Counted from the first letter of the stretch, positions 1-9,924 are shown. The stretch is DNA of 32,000 bases from Aeropyrum pernix K1 (GCF_000011125.1 NC_000854.2:1-32000); one strand, 5' to 3'. Notes: generated from the sequence alone by a model not told the origin. A program made the numbers and translations.

Positions 1-212
1 AAATAATAATAAAAATTAAGTGACTCATGCATTATCCTACGAGGTAAAAATATGTTATAAATTGTCCCAGACTACCATCAATTTAGGGACAATAGTGTTT
101 AAGGGATGGCCTTCGGAGCTGGCAGCTCGCGGGTTCAAACTCGCGTAGGGCCCGAGTTCTAGTTATAGTTGCGTGGATTTAGATAAATTGAGTATGATCT
201 CTCAGTTTTATA

Positions 213-959
213 TCAATACTTACCCTCTTTATTAATCATAATTAACATTGTTACAACGAATAGAGTGGTCACTCCCGCCAACAGGATTATCCACCACATA
301 TGGAATCCTGCTAAAATCATATATACACCTATAGCTATGAGAGATAAGGAGGTTGGCATGAAAAATTGTAATAGCTCGATCGTTTCCCGACTTAGTCCTG
401 GTATTACATATGCTTCCGGCCTTTTTACAGATAGAAAAACGGTATATCCTGCTAATATTTCAATAGATAAATGTGAAGCTAACGTTCCGTATGCACCAAT
501 ACTATATAGTTTAAGAGAACCTTCAATTGAGAATACAATCGAGATTAGATAAACTAGTAATATAATAGTCAAATATTTTAATTTAATAGAACCTACTGGC
601 TCGAATCCTTCAAGGACTGGTTGGTTTAAAGACTCTATTTCGGCGAGCCTCATAGAATATTCCACGGTAACTACGGTTATCAATGCAAGTAATAGGGCTA
701 GTGTAGATGCCTGAATAGTAATACCATATGCTGCACCAACCACAAAAGATATTAAACTCGCTAACAAAGTAAGCGAACCCAATAGCTTGCTCGCTTTAAC
801 CGTGACGCGCCTAGAAACATAAACATAGCCTATGCTCTCCTTTACAGGCGTCCATATTGACCCAGGAGACAATACCAAGAGAAATCCAATTACACCAAAT
901 GGAAGCGACAGCAGGAGTGAAGATAGTATATCTACCATTACTCTCTCCCCTTTCTGCAA
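213..959 (-). CDS. Multi-pass membrane protein of unknown function, last gene of the CPBP/PadR operon
   Basis: 248-aa ORF with about 7-8 hydrophobic segments; overlaps the PadR ORF by about 22 nt on the same strand. Confidence 0.75.
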   Translation of the reverse strand: MQKGERVMVDILSSLLLSLPFGVIGFLLVLSPGSIWTPVKESIGYVYVSRRVTVKASKLLGSLTLLASLISFVVGAAYGITIQASTLALLLALITVVTVEYSMRLAEIESLNQPVLEGFEPVGSIKLKYLTIILLVYLISIVFSIEGSLKLYSIGAYGTLASHLSIEILAGYTVFLSVKRPEAYVIPGLSRETIELLQFFMPTSLSLIAIGVYMILAGFHMWWIILLAGVTTLFVVTMLIMINKEGKY

Positions 960-1276
960 ATAAGCCAGCCAACCATCTTTGAGAAATCCTTTACTACAAC
1001 CTCATATGTCTCTCTACCAGCATCGGTTATTTCATAGTATTTCCTTAAAGGCCCCCTACCGCTCCTAACCCATCGGCCCTTTATTAGCCCCAGCTTTTCT
1101 AACCTCTTCAAAGCATCATAAAGACTCGTCTCTGGAGGCGTCCATCCCATTAGATTGCCAAGAATTTTCCTCAACCAATACCCATGTAGAGCTCCATGAT
1201 TGACAAGTACGTGTAATACTGCCAATGCAAGCACACCAGTCCTTGCATCCTTCATCAGCTTATCTGCTGGATCCAC
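938..1276 (-). CDS. PadR family transcriptional regulator
   Basis: 112-aa winged-helix pattern 'LAVLHVLVNHGALHGYWLRKIL...TSLYDALKRLEKLGLIKGRW...RKYYEITDAGRE', typical of PadR. Confidence 0.88.
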   Translation of the reverse strand: MDPADKLMKDARTGVLALAVLHVLVNHGALHGYWLRKILGNLMGWTPPETSLYDALKRLEKLGLIKGRWVRSGRGPLRKYYEITDAGRETYEVVVKDFSKMVGWLICRKGRE

Positions 1277-2174
1277 GTGACACCCACCATTTTATTAGGA
1301 AGCCTACTATTAGCATGGAGACCACGACAGAGATACCGGCTGGAGGGGCAACAAGCCTGTTACCGATAGTTAGGGCTGCAAAAACTCCTCCAATACCATT
1401 AACCGTTCCATGCGCTATTGCTGGAGTAATGATGGAGTTTGAATGTCTCCTAAGAGGTAAAAGGATGCTTGTAAATGCTATGGTGTATAATGTGAAGACT
1501 ACTATAGCGGGCCACCCCTGGGAATAGCTTCCACAATCTCCTAGCATAGATACGTTGTAATTATAACCAGCATAAATTAAGGGAGCATGCCAGACACTCC
1601 AGATAAGACCTATAATAATGACCTTACCGAGATCGTTAACTTTCTTATCGAGTATGGTGAAGAGATATCCTCTCCAGCCGAGTTCTTCTCCAAGTGCAAC
1701 AAGTGCGTTCATGGTAACTCCTGCTATAAGACCAAGTAATATTAGTATTATAACCGTTGTAATTAGCAGAGTAGTATTAGATACCTCCTTGAAGTATCCG
1801 CATGGTCCAATACTAACGCCTAAAGCCTTAGCGATTGGTAATGACATCACATATGAGGCTAATGGCGCTACCGCTGATAATATGGTCCATTTCAAGGATG
1901 GAATATTAATTCTCAAGATTTCTTTTATTTTCTCCATGTTACGATATCCTTCGACCCATAAGGCTGCGATAACGCCTGTAGCAGGTAGCCACATCCTAAA
2001 TAGGAGGACGATCGTGAGGAGGAGTTTATTTCGGGGTAAGGTTGTGGTGGGCTCTTGCATTGACGTTAGTAACTTTATGGCTATTGTATAGTCTAGGAGG
2101 TATGCTGGGACGAATGATACTGTTAGGAAGACTGCTAAACCTATGTAATGGCGTTTATCGATTTCTATACGCAT
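1260..2174 (-). CDS. CPBP family intramembrane glutamic endopeptidase (CAAX protease-like)
   Basis: 304-aa multi-TM protein with 'ALGEELGWRGYLF' and 'WSVWHAPLI' motifs. Confidence 0.88.
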   Translation of the reverse strand: MRIEIDKRHYIGLAVFLTVSFVPAYLLDYTIAIKLLTSMQEPTTTLPRNKLLLTIVLLFRMWLPATGVIAALWVEGYRNMEKIKEILRINIPSLKWTILSAVAPLASYVMSLPIAKALGVSIGPCGYFKEVSNTTLLITTVIILILLGLIAGVTMNALVALGEELGWRGYLFTILDKKVNDLGKVIIIGLIWSVWHAPLIYAGYNYNVSMLGDCGSYSQGWPAIVVFTLYTIAFTSILLPLRRHSNSIITPAIAHGTVNGIGGVFAALTIGNRLVAPPAGISVVVSMLIVGFLIKWWVSRGSSR

Positions 2175-2257
2175 ACTACGTCCACCGGGGTATTTATCAT
2201 GTTATAGATGTATTTAAGACCAAAGCTGATTTAAGAACCTAACATTGTATATATAGT

Positions 2258-2836
2258 TTGGTGTTACCGTTGGCGGTAGAGCAATTAACGATTGCTGGAA
2301 GCGAGCTACTAAAACATGAGCTAACAAGCAAGCTAGTTATCGGCGTATTATTGTCCGTTTGGATAGTCATAGTTGCAGTCATCAAGCTCAGGAAGTACTC
2401 GAGGAATAGGCAGATAGTCGGTCTAATTGTAGCGGCTGTAGCCACAGTCGTGGTCTTAGGTACAATAGCCTATATATTTAACCCGCTCCAAACCTATGGC
2501 GCTTATCTCGAGAGTAGAACATTACAAATTAGATTCTACATGAATGATGAAGTGGCTGTTGACTTATGTAACGCTCAGTTGTCATTGCTATCGAGGAGCA
2601 ACGCAATAAACTTACTCTACATTAGAACTAACGGTATTGCTGATCCTTTCTCAGGTATTACTGCGGGATATTACAAAACTGTGGATGAACGGGAAGCCTA
2701 TGTACTTATCGCTGGTAAGGACATTGATGATGTCCTTGCAATCGAATTCGACAGTAAAATTATCCTCCTAGGACTTAAAGGAGCGAATGACTTTTACCAA
2801 AAACTCATAATTTACAAAAGTAGTAATTGTAGATAG
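2258..2836 (+). CDS. Membrane-anchored protein with a bacterial-PH-like C-terminal domain (hypothetical)
   Basis: 192 aa; two N-terminal TM segments, then 'GYYKTVDEREAYVLIAGKDIDDVLAIEFDSKIILLGLKGANDFYQKL', which resembles bPH domains; exact start uncertain (TTG/GTG). Confidence 0.6.
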   Translation: MVLPLAVEQLTIAGSELLKHELTSKLVIGVLLSVWIVIVAVIKLRKYSRNRQIVGLIVAAVATVVVLGTIAYIFNPLQTYGAYLESRTLQIRFYMNDEVAVDLCNAQLSLLSRSNAINLLYIRTNGIADPFSGITAGYYKTVDEREAYVLIAGKDIDDVLAIEFDSKIILLGLKGANDFYQKLIIYKSSNCR

Positions 2837-3895
2837 TTACAAAAACCTATTATCTATTATCTATCCCAGCTATTGCTAAGTATTTGAATATAGGAAGGAT
2901 TAGATGCTTGCCATGTAATTGGAATAAAGAAGAATAATAGGGACACATGCAGATAGAAGGTTCCTTATTACTTGCTACTTGCTGTACTCTTCCCCTCGAT
3001 TTGGACTGCAGACGCCGAAATAATACTAATGTAGAGTTAGAAACACAGGGAAATTGATCTAGCGACCAGCTGTTCTTTGATTTCAGAAAGAAAGATCTTT
3101 TTGAAACACTCGAATGTATAGTCAGGTGGTAGCGTTTACATCTTTCACCAACAGAAGCCTACCATAATACCACCAAACCTTTCCTTAATGTCAATACTCC
3201 CTGAGTGTTTACAACCCTACTTATATTATCCATGAAAGAAAGAAACTGAACGACTCCTTCCATGAATACCGTGTCACTAGTGGACAACATATCCGTGAGC
3301 TAATGATTAATAATGCGGAATAATCTTTTTGAACACAGCTATGGGTTATCTCAGATGATTTTAGATCAGCTTAGTTAATTAGGCCAGTAGCGGCATATCA
3401 AGGATACCGTCTGCTATTATGGATGCCTCCTAAACAATTGGCCTACCGCCATACCCATTATGTATAAGGTTAAGATACTATTAATCAAATAACCAGATAT
3501 AAGAGCAAAAACAGCTCTTGCTAACAAGTAATATTACACTAACCATCATCCTATAGCATTTTCCTTCTCATGCTTGAAGAATAGCACATAATTATCGACT
3601 TGCAGATCGGATTATTATATATTTGGTAAGAGAGTGTGCTTTATAGTTATTTATTATGCACCTACGCATTATAAGGGGATTCCAACATAGTAATACACAT
3701 AGCAAAAGATTCCCGCAATTTTGCAATAGTTCTTAGTTTACCTGCTTGCATCAACAATCATAGTGTTATTCATACTTGTGAAGTCGACTTTCATAATAGC
3801 CGCTGTAGCTGTTTACTGGAGTTTTATATACCTGTAATCTAATCTAAAGTAGTAGATGTGACTCACAGCAGTATAATAAATAAAAGCAGTGGTGA

Positions 3896-5440
3896 ATGCG
3901 GTTCATGGTGTTTGACAAGCGGTCTGTAATAGTTATACTAGTAACTATGATTGCTATCTCTGGATTAATAGTTGTTCCATTAATAGTTGTTCCTCTGATA
4001 CGGGAAGGCAATACTAGCGAAGCAAGCGAAGAAGGCTATCCCAGCCCAACTAACGTGGAGACGGTTGTAGATAGCTCCGATATAAAGAAGACAACATCCG
4101 GGCGGGCCAGAATCTCCCTTTCCCTGGGCGCACAGCCTCTAAATGCTATTTTTTCGGGCGGAAAGTTCATATATATTGTTGAAGATAGGAAGGTTGATGA
4201 GAAAGAAGGTCATGCGAAGAAGGTAATCCTGCGAATAATAGACCTCAGGAGTATGACCGTGGAGACTAGTGTTGTAATAGACGAGTATAGTGTAAGCCCT
4301 TCTGGAACGGGACCATGTATCAGTGAGGATGGTAGTGGGAAATCTGGATACCCGAGCTATAGGCTCCTGGGCTATGATGGTAGATATGTCTACTATGCAA
4401 GGGAGTGCCCAAATACTCCCTACTTGTATGTGGTGGATCTTCTTAATTCTAGAGTGGTAAATACAGGGATAAAAACCTACTGGTTAGCGGCTGTGAGAGA
4501 TGGGGTTGCTTACGAGTACAAGGATGGGACCATCTCGGCGACTGATGTTGTGGAGGGAAGAGTCCTATGGAGCCACAAGCTAACTCCGGGCTACGTGTTT
4601 CCAGAGCCCCAGGGTCCTGGAAGGGCGTTCACAGGGGTGTTGAAGGGGGCTTGGGTTGATGACAACTCCCTCATACTCCTCTTACAGGACTCAGACCAGG
4701 CTACTGGCGAGCTTGTCTGGGTCTACAGCCTTGTGGTAGCTTCGGAGGAAGGTGTTAGGGAATCCTACCTCGAGGCCTTCAGGGTTAAGTCAGACTTCGC
4801 AAGTTACGATATTAGGGTAGGGTTTGACGGGGAGAGGGTTTACGTGCTAACCGGCCTCATATGGAGCTATCGAGGCGCATACCAAGGGGTGGTAACCCTA
4901 GACTCTCTAGCTCTAGACGGTAGTGCTAAGCGGTTACTCGTCCGGGAGGTAGGGGGCGCGCCGGAGGATGGCTACCTCCCTCTCTACCTCTTCGTCGACG
5001 ACGGTAGAGTGGGGATCGGCTACGCTGTGTGGAGGAATGTAGTGGAGGCCATGGATGTAGGAACAGTCACGAGGGTTGAGCCTCCTATACTCGTGTTCGA
5101 AACCCTCACGCCCGAGGGAGAGGTCCTGTGGGCTAGGGAGATAGCGGTAGACATCGAGCAAGGGAAGCTCCTGGGGTTCAGAGAAAATAGTTTGTACTTT
5201 ACCGACGGTAGATACGTATATAAGATGGGTCCCGATAGGGCTGCCGAGAAGCTCGCAGACCTCGGAACCCAAGGGCTCTCGGCGGATACAGTCCTAGGCG
5301 CTATAATAGCCGCCCCAATACTATTCCCCTTCCTACCCTTCATAACACCCGATACCACGACAGTTATGGTTATGGTTGATACAACATTGTACATCTACAA
5401 CGGGCCCGAGGCTCAACTGCTCTCAGTAGCTCTAGGCTAG
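3896..5440 (+). CDS. Secreted or membrane-anchored beta-propeller-like hypothetical protein
   Basis: 514 aa; N-terminal TM/signal anchor, then recurrent 'GRYVYYAREC..LYVVDLLNSRVV', 'GERVYVLTG', 'NSLYFTDGRYVYKMG' blade-like strands. Confidence 0.72.
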   Translation: MRFMVFDKRSVIVILVTMIAISGLIVVPLIVVPLIREGNTSEASEEGYPSPTNVETVVDSSDIKKTTSGRARISLSLGAQPLNAIFSGGKFIYIVEDRKVDEKEGHAKKVILRIIDLRSMTVETSVVIDEYSVSPSGTGPCISEDGSGKSGYPSYRLLGYDGRYVYYARECPNTPYLYVVDLLNSRVVNTGIKTYWLAAVRDGVAYEYKDGTISATDVVEGRVLWSHKLTPGYVFPEPQGPGRAFTGVLKGAWVDDNSLILLLQDSDQATGELVWVYSLVVASEEGVRESYLEAFRVKSDFASYDIRVGFDGERVYVLTGLIWSYRGAYQGVVTLDSLALDGSAKRLLVREVGGAPEDGYLPLYLFVDDGRVGIGYAVWRNVVEAMDVGTVTRVEPPILVFETLTPEGEVLWAREIAVDIEQGKLLGFRENSLYFTDGRYVYKMGPDRAAEKLADLGTQGLSADTVLGAIIAAPILFPFLPFITPDTTTVMVMVDTTLYIYNGPEAQLLSVALG

Positions 5441-5773
5441 GATTGAGCGGCCGTAGTTCTCCGGCTTTACCGCCGTTATTCTGTAGAGCTCCGCAATTCA
5501 CTACGCCTATACTCCTTTGGCGCGTCCTCTATCCTGCAGGTGCAGTTCACCAGGCAGCTCTATATACAGCTGAAATCTCCTTACACCTATCCCATATAAG
5601 CCTGACCTTCATGTTCTCGATGAACTCAAACGATTGTGACAACACTCGCAGCATCACGAGGACGTACCTCTATATGTGCTCCACAGCTTATGCAAGTCTC
5701 CTGGTCGCACACAACTCTCACAAATTCACCAAAGCTTACCTCAGGTTTCCACCGAGATTAACAGCAGCCTAAT

Positions 5774-6091
5774 CTATGAAATGAAAGATACGAGTTTGGC
5801 TCTATAGTTAGAAGGCACCTTAAAGATGTAGTGTTCTAAGATATCGTTGATACTAACCAAGGTGTCGTCGAACGTTACAATTGCCGAGCCCCTACTGTAA
5901 TTAACCTTGGTGTCAATTATACCTTTTACATTTTTCAGCGCTGTCTCTATGGCTATTGCACAGCCCTCACAATGCATACCTTCAATGCCGAGAAGAGCTT
6001 TCTCTTGTTTATTATGCGAAAATAAGATAGCCTGTGAATGGCGCTTAAAGATTATCATTCTCGCCTTGAGGTATGGCCAACTTTCATTCAC
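5774..6091 (-). CDS. Heavy-metal-associated (HMA) domain protein, CopZ-like
   Basis: 'GIEGMHCEGCAIAIETALKNVKGI...VNYSRGSAIVTFDD' HMA fold with MxCxxC motif; N-terminal extension may be over-called. Confidence 0.8.
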   Translation of the reverse strand: MNESWPYLKARMIIFKRHSQAILFSHNKQEKALLGIEGMHCEGCAIAIETALKNVKGIIDTKVNYSRGSAIVTFDDTLVSINDILEHYIFKVPSNYRAKLVSFIS

Positions 6092-6212
6092 ATATGCATA
6101 GTTTCGTTATGTTGTAGAAGCTTGTTTAAGGTTGTTTAAGGATGGATGTGGTGAGCGGTTTAATGTTAGACTTTAAGTTCTAAGATAATGCTTTCCTTTG
6201 CTCAGCATCCCT

Positions 6213-7829
6213 CTAATCTATTTTAACCTTGTGTTTAAAGTTTTCTAGCTTATCACGAGTGACCGTGTGAATATGTAAGGGGTGGGAAGGTGGTAGGTTC
6301 AGTTCTTTCACTAGCCTCTCCTCTATAAACTTGACCTCATGGGGTGAGAGTGGCTTTGTGGTGGAAACAATTAGATCAATATCACCCGACTTCTCGTACT
6401 CTCCTCTCGCTATACTCCCTGTTATGTAGACTTCTGCATTCATTATCTCTCTTTTTATAATTTCTGCTGCTCTAGCCGTCAGGTTTCTCCACCCACTAAT
6501 CAGTGACTCCCTGACCTTTAGAGAGGGGTCTATTACTTGTGGTAGCCTCCTGCCTTTAATTCTCCTATAGAGGGCTTCAGCTGCCATGCTACCAGCTATG
6601 AGAACGGCTAATATAGCTAGTTCACCCGGGTTCATAGAGGCCATCTGATAAACTAGTATAGCTAGAGAAGTAAGGTTGAGGATAAAACCAACAAGGGATA
6701 TTAGGGGGTTTGCACCCGTCTCCCTGCGGAGCTTGTACGCTGCCAGGTTGACTGCTGCGAATATAATTAAGAACCCTCCGCTACCTGCTGTGCTAATCTG
6801 CTCTAGACTTGCATATAGGGCTAGTAGAAGGCCCAATATGCTTATAACAAGGAGGCCCTCGTAGGCGCCTCGCCAGATATGCCTTCCTAGGAGCTGGGGT
6901 GCCTCACCGTACTTAGCTATGATATAGCTTACGCGTGCGGAGCCGTATAAGGTTGCGTTAATCGCGCTGCTTGTCGAAGCCAAGGCGGCAGCCACAACCA
7001 GTGTGAAGCCTATCTTACCTAACACGGGTTCTACTAGTACTGCTAGGGCATAGTCTCTGGCGATTCGAACAGTATCTGGGTCTAACGTGCCTGCAGCTAC
7101 TATAGCTATCAAAACGTATACAATGATGACTGTGACAACACTCGCGTAGAGCCCTTTTCTCAACGTCGTAGTGTCCCTAACGTCCTTTGCAGTGTTTGCC
7201 ACTAGTTCAAAACCTTCATATGCAAGAAATATTATCATGCCACCCGCAACTATACTTAGGATCGATGGCCACTCTCTCACTCCCAACCTGTTCCAGTCTA
7301 CGAGCGGCATGCTTACGACGGCTACGAGTATGAGAACGAGAAGTTTGAATATGACCAGTCCTAACTCGACTCTCCCGCTCATGATAGCACCCAGCATGTT
7401 AACTACTGTAAGCCCTGCTATAACGAATACTACGAGGGCAATGTAAGCCTCCCTCGGACAGCAGTTAATCATGCTGGCGCCGTAGCTGCCGAAAGCGTGG
7501 GCATAAAGCGAAATCATGACAATGTAGGATGCGAGCAGCATGATGTTTAATCCTCCGCTGATAACGTTGTCACCGTAGGCTCTAACTATGAATTCTATAG
7601 TGCCTCCCTCGCTTGGATACCTAGAGCTTAGCTTAGCATACGAGTAAGAGGTTATTAGAGCTACAGAACCTGCGAGTAAGAAAGCCAGAGGTGCGGCAGC
7701 TCCAGCAAGTTCAAGGCTTAGACCCAGGGTTGCGAATATGCCCCCTCCAATCATACCGCCGACTCCAATACTGAAGACCTCCCAGAAACCAAGTTTCTCG
7801 GTACCTTTTCTCGCCGACAAACCTGGCAC
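6213..7829 (-). CDS. APC superfamily amino-acid permease with C-terminal minimal nucleotidyltransferase (MNT-like) domain
   Basis: 'FSIGVGGMIGGGIFATLG' APC N-terminus and about 12 TMs, then C-terminal 'VYITGSIARGEYEKSGDIDLIVSTTK' (GSxARGxxxxxSDxDL-type motif) in one ORF of 538 aa. Confidence 0.85.
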   Translation of the reverse strand: MPGLSARKGTEKLGFWEVFSIGVGGMIGGGIFATLGLSLELAGAAAPLAFLLAGSVALITSYSYAKLSSRYPSEGGTIEFIVRAYGDNVISGGLNIMLLASYIVMISLYAHAFGSYGASMINCCPREAYIALVVFVIAGLTVVNMLGAIMSGRVELGLVIFKLLVLILVAVVSMPLVDWNRLGVREWPSILSIVAGGMIIFLAYEGFELVANTAKDVRDTTTLRKGLYASVVTVIIVYVLIAIVAAGTLDPDTVRIARDYALAVLVEPVLGKIGFTLVVAAALASTSSAINATLYGSARVSYIIAKYGEAPQLLGRHIWRGAYEGLLVISILGLLLALYASLEQISTAGSGGFLIIFAAVNLAAYKLRRETGANPLISLVGFILNLTSLAILVYQMASMNPGELAILAVLIAGSMAAEALYRRIKGRRLPQVIDPSLKVRESLISGWRNLTARAAEIIKREIMNAEVYITGSIARGEYEKSGDIDLIVSTTKPLSPHEVKFIEERLVKELNLPPSHPLHIHTVTRDKLENFKHKVKID

Positions 7830-8070
7830 CCTTCTTTCTTCACGTAGACTTCAAAGCAGTGGTTACGTCCTAACGACCGAAGCCAGGCCATCATCAATTT
7901 TGGCTTGAGGCGTCTATTATAAACATGTGAACAAAACAATTACATAGTATAATCATAAACTGGTAAAACCCTAGCCTCAAAATTGGACAAATCCAACTTG
8001 CAGAAATGAATATATGAATTACGTTCTCGCCACTATACTATAGTGAAGTACTGCTAGGGGGTTTCCGATA

Positions 8071-8889
8071 TTGATTTCCTCACAGGACGTTGGTAAGCGA
8101 GTAAGACTTTCGAGAATACTTCCAGATGGTAGGTCTGTTATATTCGCCTTTGATCATGGGATCGAGCATGGGCCTGGAGAGATTCCGGAGGAGAGGCTGG
8201 ATCCTAGGTTGTTGATTAGAGAGGTTGTTGAAGCGGGTGTTGACGCTATAATGACTACACCAGGTATAGCCCGTTTAACATGGGATATTTGGGCTAACCG
8301 AGTAGCAATGATTATAAAGGTAAGCGGGAAAACCAGCATAAGACCTCAGGACGATCAGTTCCTCCAGAGCGCTATATCGAGTGTAGATGAAGTTGTTGCA
8401 CTTGGTGGTGATGGGGTTGCGGCGACAGTTTACTGGGGAAGCCAGTTCGAGGATAAGATGTTAGAGAGATGGACCCGGATCCGTTTGAGAGCGGAGAAGC
8501 TTGGTCTACCAGCTCTTCAGCTTGCATATCCCCGAGGCCCCCATATAAAGAACAGGTACGCAGTTGATATAGTTGCTTATGGAGCAAGGGCTGCTATGGA
8601 GACTGGAGCGGACCTTATAAAGACGTACTACACTGGCTCAACGGAATCGTTCAGGAGGGTGGTTAGCGCGGCTGGCGGGGTGCCGGTTCTGATGAGTGGT
8701 GGGGCACGCACACCATCCCCGCAGGAGTTCTTGCATAAGGTTTATTCCGTGATGGAGGCTGGAGGTGGAGGTGTGGTTGTTGGAAGAAATATCTTCCAAG
8801 CTGGTGATATCCGAGCCATGGTTAAGGCAATTAGGGCAATAGTACATGAAGGCTTTGATCCGGAGAAGGCCTCTAAGCTTTTAGGTTAG
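8071..8889 (+). CDS. Archaeal class I fructose-bisphosphate aldolase / DhnA-family aldolase
   Basis: '[15 protein letters not shown]', Schiff-base region '[20 protein letters not shown]', phosphate-binding '[11 protein letters not shown]' and '[13 protein letters not shown]'. Confidence 0.88.
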
Positions 8890-8907
8890 AATGGGGATTA
8901 GGTAGTA

Positions 8908-9840
8908 ATGCTAGAGCATCTGGTGCAGGCTGTTGCTGTAGGTCACGCTCTTGTCGATCTCAGGCTGTACGTTGAGAGAATACCGGGTGTAGACGAAGAG
9001 GCGGTGATTAAGGATGAGACGAGAAGTGTGGGAGGTTCTGCGGCGAACGTGGCTGTAGTGTTGAGAAGGTTAGGGGTTCAGTCAGGCATTATTGGAAAGA
9101 TAGGGCTGGACGACTTCGGGAGGATAGCCGTGGACAATCTTATGAGAGAAGGAGTGGACATCTCTGGCCTCCGAGTATCTCTGCGGGATAGGACTGGGTT
9201 CTCCGTGGTTGTGCGTGACAAGGAAGGGTCGATAACTATTTACAGTTTTAAAGGCGCTGCTGAAAAGCTCGAGCCAGGGGAGATTGACGCGGACGCTATA
9301 GGTAGATCAAAACACGTACACGTTGCCAGTCTAAGGCCCGATACTACTCTTAAAACCGTAGAGATCGCTAAGAAACGTTCCATAACTGTTTCATGGGATC
9401 CGGGCAGGGTTTTATCGAAGATGGGAGCCGAGAGGCTTGCCAATATAATTTCTAAAGTGGACATCATCTTTGTTAATAGGAATGAGGCGAAGAATCTTAC
9501 AGGGTATCATGATTATAGGCAAGCTGCAAGGCACCTTAAAAAACTTGGTCCAAAAATTGTTGTGATAAAGCTGGGAGCCAGCGGATCATACATCCTTTAT
9601 AGTGATGGTGAGGTATTCGTTCCAGCCATAAAGCCGGAGAGAGTTGTGGATACAACTGGTGCTGGCGATTCTTATGCGGCAGGCTTTATAGCGGGTCTTC
9701 TCAGGGGCTACACTATAGAAAAAGCCTCTTTGTATGCTACTATCGTCGCCTCAATAAAAGTATCTAGGCTTGGATCTAACGCAGCTCCCTCTCATGAGGA
9801 AGTGGTTGAAAAAGCCAGAGAGCTCGGGGTGGAGATTTAG
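8908..9840 (+). CDS. PfkB family sugar kinase, candidate ATP-dependent 6-phosphofructokinase
   Basis: 'SVGGSAANVAVVLRRLG' and 'VVDTTGAGDSYAAGFIAGLL' PfkB signatures; directly downstream of the aldolase gene. Confidence 0.87.
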   Translation: MLEHLVQAVAVGHALVDLRLYVERIPGVDEEAVIKDETRSVGGSAANVAVVLRRLGVQSGIIGKIGLDDFGRIAVDNLMREGVDISGLRVSLRDRTGFSVVVRDKEGSITIYSFKGAAEKLEPGEIDADAIGRSKHVHVASLRPDTTLKTVEIAKKRSITVSWDPGRVLSKMGAERLANIISKVDIIFVNRNEAKNLTGYHDYRQAARHLKKLGPKIVVIKLGASGSYILYSDGEVFVPAIKPERVVDTTGAGDSYAAGFIAGLLRGYTIEKASLYATIVASIKVSRLGSNAAPSHEEVVEKARELGVEI

Positions 9841-9924
9841 TTGGAATTACCGTCAGAAATATTGATTAGAAGGGATTTTAGAATTGATGGCTGTTAATGT
9901 TGACAAGATAAAGCAATATTAGTC

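Noticed and set aside
100-160. Possible intact tRNA gene
   Set aside because: With a 7-nt T-loop the T-stem pairs poorly (G-G and C-C mismatches) and no matching 5' acceptor, D-arm or anticodon arm could be placed, so it is not called as a tRNA.
5443-5772. 109-aa plus-strand ORF 'MSGRSSPALPPLFCRAP...'
   Set aside because: No family resemblance, Pro/Ser-rich translation typical of non-coding DNA, no promoter evidence.
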